29,835 bases of DNA from a virus (lineage: Duplodnaviria; Caudoviricetes). Shown in pieces: positions 1 through 6,153 of the stretch. The DNA lies in IMG/VR virus record IMGVR_UViG_3300038393_001238, positions 1 through 29,835 of that record, one strand, 5' to 3'. The translations under genes and the position numbers were made by a program. Each line of letters starts with the position of its first letter. Positions within the stretch are counted from its first letter, which is position 1. The notes under the pieces are model-generated. The model saw nothing but the letters and a program-made list of their open reading frames with translations. It made no database searches and was not told the origin of the DNA.

Positions 1-1
1 T

Positions 2-115
2 ATTGCGGTATATGGTCCAAACTGTGGACTGATTAGCCTAATAGATTCAACGTTTCACCTTGACGATACGCTCGTTGTGCCAAAGAGTATCATCTGCATC
101 AAATCCGATAGTTGA
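2..115 (+). CDS. 3' end of a low-GC hypothetical gene (partial)
   Basis: Frame 2 is open from the window edge to TGA 113-115 (IAVYGPNCGLISLIDSTFHLDDTLVVPKSIICIKSDS). It is more AT-rich than the rest of the window. Confidence 0.4.
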   Translation: MAVYGPNCGLISLIDSTFHLDDTLVVPKSIICIKSDS

Positions 116-162
116 GATCATCTCTTGCGCTCCACTTGCGCTGTTTTAAGCACGGAGATCCG

Positions 163-990
163 ATGGGCTACCATCCCGAAACACTCGCCTTTAGCTTCCC
201 ACCCTATGTGCACGGCCGCCGCATCACCCGCCCTGATGGAAGCGTCACGCGGCGCGGCCCATGGCTGGCTGAGGCTCTCTACGCGCTGAAGCCGTGGATC
301 GGCTTCGACATCTGGCACATCGATCCCGAGAAGCCGGGGACCGGCAACCGCACAGATGACAGTTGCGGCTGGTTCGACCGGACGCCGGGCGAGTACCGCG
401 ATGCGGTCACCTACGTCTGCAAGGACTCCACGACGCTTCACGATATCCGGCGCGCACTCCTCACCCGGGCTGTGGTCAAGAGCGAGTTCGGCCACGTCTA
501 TCCGCGAATGCTGTTGGGCGAGACGATGGCGGTCTGCGTTCTGGTGGCGCGAGAGCTTGAACTTCGCCGCTGGTGGAACGGTCAGGATGGAAATGGCGGG
601 GCGCATGCCTCGTTCTGGCTGCGGACGTTCACCCGCAAGCGGGACGTGACGGGCGACGCACTCGACCTGGCGCTGAACCCTCTCGACAACCTCTCGTCGG
701 AAGATGATCCAGAGCGCCTAGTCCGGCTGATCGCAGGAGCGCTAAACCGCCGCTACCGGCCCTGGTGGAAGCACCCCCGCTGGCATGTCCACCACTGGAA
801 GATCAACTTCGACCTCGTCCGCAACCTCCGTCGCATGTTCGAACGGTGCGTGACGTGCGGGCGGCCGATCGGCTTCGGCAAGAGCCCCTGCGTCGATCAT
901 CGCGGGATGCATCACAGCCACTGCGTCGAGCGGGGCGGCTGCGAGGTTGGTGCGGTTGTTGGCGACAGCCAAGGCCAGCCGGTTCACTAG
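163..990 (+). CDS. Phage hypothetical protein, Trp/His/Cys-rich, possible C-terminal Zn site
   Basis: ATG 163 is preceded by GGAG (154-157). Motifs DIWHIDP..DDSCGWF, RPWWKHPRWHVHHW, CVTCG..C..HHSHC. Confidence 0.8.
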   Translation: MGYHPETLAFSFPPYVHGRRITRPDGSVTRRGPWLAEALYALKPWIGFDIWHIDPEKPGTGNRTDDSCGWFDRTPGEYRDAVTYVCKDSTTLHDIRRALLTRAVVKSEFGHVYPRMLLGETMAVCVLVARELELRRWWNGQDGNGGAHASFWLRTFTRKRDVTGDALDLALNPLDNLSSEDDPERLVRLIAGALNRRYRPWWKHPRWHVHHWKINFDLVRNLRRMFERCVTCGRPIGFGKSPCVDHRGMHHSHCVERGGCEVGAVVGDSQGQPVH

Positions 991-1063
991 CCCCAACACC
1001 CCTGGCTATGAAGGAGGAACACATGGCATCCCGATCCCAGCCCGCAGCGAAGGGCCTTCTCCG

Positions 1064-1519
1064 ATGAGCGTCGTTGATTTCCCGCAAAGCCCGGCGCGTC
1101 CAGACCTTCTGGTCGGCCCCTTCGAGTATTGGAAGGTGGTGGTCGATGGGCGAGCCATTCCGCATCTCACCGGCTTCCACGACGGCGGCGGGATTGCGCT
1201 GGTGGTAGATGGAAGGTTCGCGGCGACCTTTCCGCCGGAACTGGCCCATCAAGCCGCGCGGCTGATCGCCAACGCCATGGCGGTCGCGGAAGGCTATCCG
1301 CACATGGGCGCCACTAGCAAAGAGCAGCCGTTCGCGCCGCAACCACGCGCTCCACCATCTCGCTCATCGGATCTTCTCCAGCGGCGGAACGCCGGCGCAG
1401 GTCGCGCCCACGAATTGATCACCGCCAGCTGCAGTACTGACTACATCATCAGCGAGACGTGGCAGGCCGTTATCGACGCCGCCCTCTCAACTCCAGACAG
1501 GATTGGGGGAAAAGGGTGA
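1064..1519 (+). CDS. Phage hypothetical protein, probably chimeric after about 1342
   Basis: ATG 1064 (MSVVDFPQ...) overlaps the TGA of a mini-ORF (1023-1067) that has a strong GGAGG SD. The stop overlaps the next start (GTGA). Confidence 0.7.
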   Translation: MSVVDFPQSPARPDLLVGPFEYWKVVVDGRAIPHLTGFHDGGGIALVVDGRFAATFPPELAHQAARLIANAMAVAEGYPHMGATSKEQPFAPQPRAPPSRSSDLLQRRNAGAGRAHELITASCSTDYIISETWQAVIDAALSTPDRIGGKG

Positions 1520-1797
1520 GCGAAACCATCGTCGCGGCAGCGCACCTCTACAACGACGCGCACGACCCGGACCCGCGTGCGCTGCCAGTGATCGTCAGCG
1601 CTCCGCCCCCGGCCCGTCACCACAATCTCTTCATCGCCTACAAGCGACTTGGAGCGCCCGATGAGAGCGGGTTTCTTACGTCCGCCGGCCGGTTCGTTGG
1701 CCGAGAAGAGGCCTGGCGCATTGCTACTTCCGCCGGACAGCCGTTGATTCCGCGCGCTGGGCAGGGGGGCTTGCTATTCTCCGAAGACCTTTGGTGA
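1516..1797 (+). CDS. Conserved phage hypothetical protein (GFLTSxGRFVxREEA...LFSEDLW type)
   Basis: GTG 1516 overlaps the upstream TGA. I recognise the motif pattern from many phage proteins of unknown function. Confidence 0.85.
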   Translation: MSETIVAAAHLYNDAHDPDPRALPVIVSAPPPARHHNLFIAYKRLGAPDESGFLTSAGRFVGREEAWRIATSAGQPLIPRAGQGGLLFSEDLW

Positions 1798-1801
1798 TCC
1801 C

Positions 1802-2074
1802 ATGGCCGCCGACAACCCCAGCATCTACCACGACGCCATGAACACCCGCCCGACCGACGCCAGCGATCGCCCTCGGAAGCTGGAACTCACCCTCCCCGCC
1901 CGAGAGTGGTCCGCTCTGGTCTACCTCCGCGACACCGAATTTCCGGGGCAGTCCTTGGAGCTCTTGGCTCGCAAGCTGGTTCAGGACGGGCTTATCGGAT
2001 GCGGGGTTCTGTCTCTACCGGAGGGGAATAGGGGGAAGGTGGCTGGGCGGAAACAGGTGAGGGACAACCCATGA
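1802..2074 (+). CDS. Small hypothetical protein, possibly ribbon-helix-helix DNA-binding
   Basis: RKLELTLP strand followed by two amphipathic helices. Alternative start ATG 1838. ATGA overlap with the next gene. Confidence 0.6.
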   Translation: MAADNPSIYHDAMNTRPTDASDRPRKLELTLPAREWSALVYLRDTEFPGQSLELLARKLVQDGLIGCGVLSLPEGNRGKVAGRKQVRDNP

Positions 2075-2370
2075 AACACACGATCATTCTGCAGCCGCCG
2101 CATGAGTGTGTCGGGCAGGCGTGGACGGAAGCGATTTCCATCCTGAACGTCGAAGCGGCGAAACTGCGGCTGAGCGCAGCGGAGGCGGTTCACGACGTAC
2201 GCACCGATCCTGCCGGCCAATACGGAGCCGCCGGGGCGCGGTACGACGAACTGATGGCGCGCGCGGGCCGGCTCGATGAGCTGGCGGACTATCTGCGCGT
2301 CTACCCGCATTTGCCGCGGGATAAGCGCACGCCTACAACCACCTCTCCGCCATCCTCCACACCGCTCTAG
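2071..2370 (+). CDS. Hypothetical protein, last plus-strand early gene
   Basis: ATGA coupling, GAGGGA SD, helical 99-aa ORF. Confidence 0.7.
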   Translation: MKHTIILQPPHECVGQAWTEAISILNVEAAKLRLSAAEAVHDVRTDPAGQYGAAGARYDELMARAGRLDELADYLRVYPHLPRDKRTPTTTSPPSSTPL

Positions 2371-2458
2371 CCGCTCCAACAACCCCAAGAGCGGCAAGGC
2401 CGAGCCAGAACGGGCCTCCGATCACGAAGCCGATGAGGAGGAGTCCGGCGGCGGTCAA
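2333..2458 (-). CDS. 41-aa hydrophobic membrane peptide after the spanins (not in ORF track)
   Basis: TTG 2458 overlaps the spanin TGA (TTGA), with GGGGG upstream. Translates as MTAAGLLLIGFVIGGPFWLGLAALGVVGAARAVWRMAERWL. Confidence 0.6.
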   Translation of the reverse strand: MTAAGLLLIGFVIGGPFWLGLAALGVVGAARAVWRMAERWL

Positions 2459-2991
2459 AACAGCCCCCAGCGCTTCTTGGGCTTGGCAGGCTTAGCCGCT
2501 AGCGCCGCGTACCAGGCGCGCCACTTGCCCGCTTCGTCGAGGCCGTTACGACCGGCGCTGAGGTTTCCGACGTCAAGCTCGAGGTGCTGTGAGAGCGCAA
2601 CTCCGGAAGCGGCCTCGTCAGATCCACCGGTGCCGGTGGCAGGGGCGGGCAGACCGAGGGCCGCGGCGTCATATGCCCGCACGAAGCCAGACCCAAGCAC
2701 GCAACGGCTATCAGCAGCTTTCGAGACATAGATGGGAATCCTCTTGATGATCGTCTCTTTGCGGACCTGGGTGGCGGCTTGGGCCTGGGCGAACTGATCC
2801 CGAAGGCCGGCGCTCATCTGCGCATCCGCCGCAGCCGTCACGGTGGCCTTGGCGACCGCTTCGGCCTCGCGCTGTGCATAGGCCTTGCGCACGCTCTCGG
2901 CCCCGGAGTGGCGGACGAGACCCAGGACCAGCACAAGGGCCGCAGCAATCCCCAGGAAGCGCCCCAGCGGCGAGAGCAGGAGGCCGAGCAC
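2455..2991 (-). CDS. Rz: Rz-like inner-membrane spanin
   Basis: GTG 2991 lies just after the upstream TAG. N-terminal TM, Ala/Gln coiled coil, IPIYV..ADSRC....GFVRAYDAAA motif. Downstream of the endolysin and contains a nested lipoprotein gene. Confidence 0.85.
   Translation of the reverse strand: MLGLLLSPLGRFLGIAAALVLVLGLVRHSGAESVRKAYAQREAEAVAKATVTAAADAQMSAGLRDQFAQAQAATQVRKETIIKRIPIYVSKAADSRCVLGSGFVRAYDAAALGLPAPATGTGGSDEAASGVALSQHLELDVGNLSAGRNGLDEAGKWRAWYAALAAKPAKPKKRWGLF
2499..2729 (-). CDS. Rz1: Rz1-like outer-membrane spanin lipoprotein, fully nested in Rz
   Basis: MSRKLLIAVACLGLASC is a signal peptide II with a LASC lipobox, followed by Pro-rich CPPLPPAPVDLTRPLP, in an alternate frame inside Rz. 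Confidence 0.8.
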   Translation of the reverse strand: MSRKLLIAVACLGLASCGHMTPRPSVCPPLPPAPVDLTRPLPELRSHSTSSLTSETSAPVVTASTKRASGAPGTRR

Positions 2992-2993
2992 CG

Positions 2994-3203
2994 CTAGCCG
3001 CCCTGCGACTGCTTTGCGGCTTCCATCGCCTTGGCGACTTCGCCCAGCACCCGTTGCTCCGAGGCCGAGACCACCTGTCCGAACGCCTCCAGATGGGCCT
3101 TGACCACATCCAGCGGGTCTTGCTGACGGACGGCCGGCTTGTAGTGCAGCCAAGCGAGGATTGCTCCGGCGCCTAGGATGACGCCCAGGAAGAAGTTGAT
3201 CAT
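2994..3203 (-). CDS. Small single-TM protein in lysis cassette (holin/antiholin candidate)
   Basis: ATGA overlap with the endolysin stop. N-terminal TM MINFFLGVILGAGAILAWLHY. Confidence 0.75.
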   Translation of the reverse strand: MINFFLGVILGAGAILAWLHYKPAVRQQDPLDVVKAHLEAFGQVVSASEQRVLGEVAKAMEAAKQSQGG

Positions 3204-3994
3204 AGCTCTTTGGCCTCTCGGTTCTTGAGGTATGCGAAGACGACGGTCGCCACGGCTAGAGCCGCCGCGATCATGCCCAGATGGCTCACGGTCGCCTGGA
3301 TCACGCTCGATGATCCGGCATAGGGCGCGATGGCGTCGGACACCTGGGACACGGCGTGCTTGGCCGGCTCGATCACCTGGGAGCCGGCGGTGACGCAGGC
3401 CGAGACGCAGCCGGTGATGAAGGTCTTGGACTTGGCCAGCGGCTTGCCGGCGTTGGGCGCCTGCGGGGTCTCAACGGCGCGGGTGTAGGAAGACGGCTCG
3501 CTGACCGGGATGGCGTTGGCGACCGCCGCTGCGCCCGCCACGTCAGCGGTATTCCACAGCGCCACTTCCGCGGCCCGCCGGTTGTGTAGGCCTGCGATCG
3601 TGACGAGCGCGCCGTTCACGCGGGCCTTGTCGAAGCGCATCATCTGGGCCGGCGCGTCATTGATCTGTCCGGCGTTGAGCACCTTCCAGATCGTCCACTT
3701 CGGATCGCAGCCCAGGTTGAAGACGAAGCTGACCAGGGCGGCATATTGGTGGTCGCTGAGCCGGTCGATGATCTCCGGCTTGACGGCTAGCGCCAGCCGG
3801 GTGGCCGCCTTGGTCGCGTCGGTGAACAGATAGGCGTCGGCCTGAGCCTGCGTGATCGTCAGGCCGGGATGGACTTCAGGTCCGGTGTGGCCAACACCGA
3901 CGGTCCAGACAGAGGCCGAGTCCCTATAGGCGACAAGCCTACAAGACTCTGCCTCTTTGAGGAATTCAACGGCAATTTCAGGTACTTTTCTCAT
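3200..3994 (-). CDS. Endolysin, GH24 (T4/P21-type) lysozyme with C-terminal hydrophobic extension
   Basis: E16-x8-D25-x5-T31 triad, WTVGVGHT, ALVSFVFNLG, GLHNRRAAEVALW. ATG 3994 follows GAGGA. Confidence 0.95.
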   Translation of the reverse strand: MRKVPEIAVEFLKEAESCRLVAYRDSASVWTVGVGHTGPEVHPGLTITQAQADAYLFTDATKAATRLALAVKPEIIDRLSDHQYAALVSFVFNLGCDPKWTIWKVLNAGQINDAPAQMMRFDKARVNGALVTIAGLHNRRAAEVALWNTADVAGAAAVANAIPVSEPSSYTRAVETPQAPNAGKPLAKSKTFITGCVSACVTAGSQVIEPAKHAVSQVSDAIAPYAGSSSVIQATVSHLGMIAAALAVATVVFAYLKNREAKEL

Positions 3995-4011
3995 GCGTCC
4001 TCGCGGCGTCA

Positions 4012-4026
4012 TGGTATGATGTTGTT
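4012..4026 (+). promoter_or_regulatory. Extended -10 promoter (TGG-TATGAT) for a leaderless HNH transcript
   Basis: TATGAT 4015-4020 preceded by TG, 6 nt before ATG 4027. No SD. Confidence 0.6.
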
Positions 4027-4695
4027 ATGGCGAAGAACCCGCGGCTTATAGATATGACCGGCATTACAGCCGGTGACTGGACCGTTATTGTTCAGGATGG
4101 AAACCAGCCTGGAGGCGGCGCTCTTTGGCGCTGCGTTTGCAGGTGCGGCACCGAGCGCCGGGTCCTTGGCGCAGACTTGCGAAACGGAAAATCCACGAAT
4201 TGTGGATGTCGGGGCGCCGCGCGATTGGCCAACCTCGCCGCAACCCATCGGGAAACGGGAACTCGCATTTACCGGATTTGGAAGAACATGCGGGGCCGGT
4301 GCCGGAACCCGCGTAATCCGCAATATCCGCGCTATGGCGGCCGTGGGATCTCTATCTGTCAAGAATGGAACGACTACCCCGCTTTTCGCGACTGGGCGCT
4401 GGCACACGGATATCGTGATGATCTTTCGATAGAGCGGGTGGACGTTAACGGGAACTATTGTCCCGCGAATTGCACCTGGGCCGATGCTTATACCCAGTCG
4501 CGCAATCGTCGCTTTGTTACGCGCCGTAGCGATGGCGTCCCATGGGTTACTATAGCCGCAGAGAACGGAATCACTGCGGCCAGGTATAACAACCGCGTTT
4601 ACGCGGGCTGGACCCGCGAGGCGGCAGCAAGTGAGCCGATTGGCACCCGCATTGCGCCAGCGCGACTCAGGAACGCAAAGGGCCGGTTCGCTTAA
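4027..4695 (+). CDS. Free-standing HNH-type homing endonuclease
   Basis: WRCVCRCG..STNCGC, RIWKNMRGRC, YGGRGISICQEW, LSIERVDVNGNYCPANCTWA. Antisense to the late operon and lower GC. Confidence 0.9.
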   Translation: MAKNPRLIDMTGITAGDWTVIVQDGNQPGGGALWRCVCRCGTERRVLGADLRNGKSTNCGCRGAARLANLAATHRETGTRIYRIWKNMRGRCRNPRNPQYPRYGGRGISICQEWNDYPAFRDWALAHGYRDDLSIERVDVNGNYCPANCTWADAYTQSRNRRFVTRRSDGVPWVTIAAENGITAARYNNRVYAGWTREAAASEPIGTRIAPARLRNAKGRFA

Positions 4696-4784
4696 ATCCG
4701 GTAGGCAGCCACCTTCGTGCTCTCGCTCATGACGACGGGCGTGACGCCGGCCTTGACGGTGATCGGGTTGGGCTGGTCGGTCAC
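4692..4784 (-). pseudogene. 30-codon remnant resembling a displaced endolysin N-terminus
   Basis: GTG 4784 overlaps the upstream TGA, with an AAAGGA SD. MTDQPNPITVKAGVTPVVMSESTKVAAYRI has the same ES-x4-AYR spacing as the endolysin's ESCRLVAYRD. Confidence 0.6.
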
Positions 4785-5215
4785 GGCTGGTCCTTTCCGA
4801 TGATGGTCGCGCCGGCGTCGGGCTCGGCCCCCGTGATCGGCGCGCCCGGGATCGGGATGCCGTGCCGCCGCAGCTCGTTCTTCAGGCTCTCGATGACCTG
4901 GGTGAGGTTGCGGATGTCGCCCTTGAGGCTGGCGCGCTCACCGGCCCAGGCCAGTTCGCGGCGGGTCGCCTCCTCCCGCAATGTCCGACACTCGGCCAGC
5001 AGGCTCGAACGCTCTTCCTGGAGGTCGGCCGTTAGCTTGGCGAAGCCGTCGTTGATGGCGTTCTGCACCGCGGCCTTGCCGAGCATGCGCTGGGCAAGCC
5101 AGAGGCCGAACGCGCCGAGCCCGGAGGTGATTGCGCCCCCGACCCAGCCCACCAGGCTGACGTGGCTCGGGTCCACACCGCCCACGTCTCCCGCCGCCAT
5201 TGCTATTGCCCGCAT
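4781..5215 (-). CDS. Holin-like protein (one TM plus coiled coil)
   Basis: VSLVGWVGGAITSGLGAFGLWLA TM, then heptad coiled coil. First gene of the lysis block. Start is 5215 or 5200. Confidence 0.7.
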   Translation of the reverse strand: MRAIAMAAGDVGGVDPSHVSLVGWVGGAITSGLGAFGLWLAQRMLGKAAVQNAINDGFAKLTADLQEERSSLLAECRTLREEATRRELAWAGERASLKGDIRNLTQVIESLKNELRRHGIPIPGAPITGAEPDAGATIIGKDQP

Positions 5216-5280
5216 CGAATAGGGGCCTTCAGATCGATCATGCTCGGGCTCCGGGTAAGCTGGGGCGCGCTTGGGGGGGG

Positions 5281-6153
5281 TTACGCGGCGTCGATGATGG
5301 CGGGCCAGGGGGCGAAGGGGGCGACCACATTGCCTGTCCGCGTCACGCCGGCCGTTGTGTAGATCGTGGTCTGCCACTTCGACCCGAGGCGGGTGCCGAC
5401 GCGGTTGCCGGTCACCTTGCCGGTGAGGTCGCCTTCTAGCCGGATGCCGTTCGGCGCGTCGGCCGTGTGCACCACGTTGTCTTCGATCACCGTCCCCTGC
5501 GCCGCCGGATAGCCGCTGATCAGGTTGACGAACACGCCTTGGGTCGCAGCGCCGGAGATGATGTTGCCACGCACGGTCACGCGCTGGTTGGGGACCTGGC
5601 CCACATAGCCCTGGATCCCGTCCACGTGCACGCCATCGGCGCCCGGCAGCGGCCCGGCCAGGGTGTTGTGCTCGATGGTCGTGTCCACGCAGGACCCGAA
5701 CCCGATCCCGTCGTCCTGCCAGCCCCAGATCAGGTTCTCGGTGACTAGGCCCCGGGTGACATTCCACAGGGTGACACCAACCTTCGGCCGGTCGAAGCGG
5801 CTGCGGATCAGGGTGACGTCGGTACTGTCGCGGATATCGATCCCGTTCAGGGAGCCGTTGCCGGCATAGGCGATGCCGTCCAGGGTCAGCTGCAGACAGT
5901 TGTAGATGGCCAGCCCAGGCCGCCCGATGGTGGGATCGGCGATGAAGTGGCCGCCCTTCCAGATGACGCCGGTCAAGGCCTTCAGCACCACGGCCCCGAT
6001 GTTGGCGGCAGAGGCGTCGACGGTGAGCGGCGTCGAGAAGCTGCGGGCCTGCAGCACGGCCAGGCCGAACTGTCCGGAGAGGTGCAGGACATCCCCCGGC
6101 TGGCACTGGGTGAAGACCGACGCGATGTCGGCCGAGGTGGCGTAGCGATCCAT
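5281..6153 (-). CDS. Right-handed parallel beta-helix (pectate-lyase-like) protein, putative depolymerase
   Basis: QPGDVLHLSG cap and repeated coils with Asn ladders (DGIGF..CVDTTIEHNT, HVDGIQ, VTVRGNII, TVIEDNVV). TAATG coupling to the upstream gene. Confidence 0.85.
   Translation of the reverse strand: MDRYATSADIASVFTQCQPGDVLHLSGQFGLAVLQARSFSTPLTVDASAANIGAVVLKALTGVIWKGGHFIADPTIGRPGLAIYNCLQLTLDGIAYAGNGSLNGIDIRDSTDVTLIRSRFDRPKVGVTLWNVTRGLVTENLIWGWQDDGIGFGSCVDTTIEHNTLAGPLPGADGVHVDGIQGYVGQVPNQRVTVRGNIISGAATQGVFVNLISGYPAAQGTVIEDNVVHTADAPNGIRLEGDLTGKVTGNRVGTRLGSKWQTTIYTTAGVTRTGNVVAPFAPWPAIIDAA

Noticed and set aside
1060-1371. 11-bp inverted repeat TCCGATGAGCG as invertase sites
   Set aside because: It is explained by two similar gene starts (ccgATGAGCG), and no recombinase is present in the window.
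2992-3153. N-terminal extension of the Rz ORF
   Set aside because: It overlaps the 69-aa gene. GTG 2991 gives a proper N-terminal TM.
4027-4695. Group I intron or intein splitting the endolysin
   Set aside because: The HNH is antisense, there is no flanking room for a ribozyme core, and the downstream gene has its own complete catalytic N-terminus.
4781-6106. 441-aa ORF as one gene
   Set aside because: The first ~297 codons are an Arg/Pro-rich alternate frame of the beta-helix gene. Only 4781-5215 looks real.
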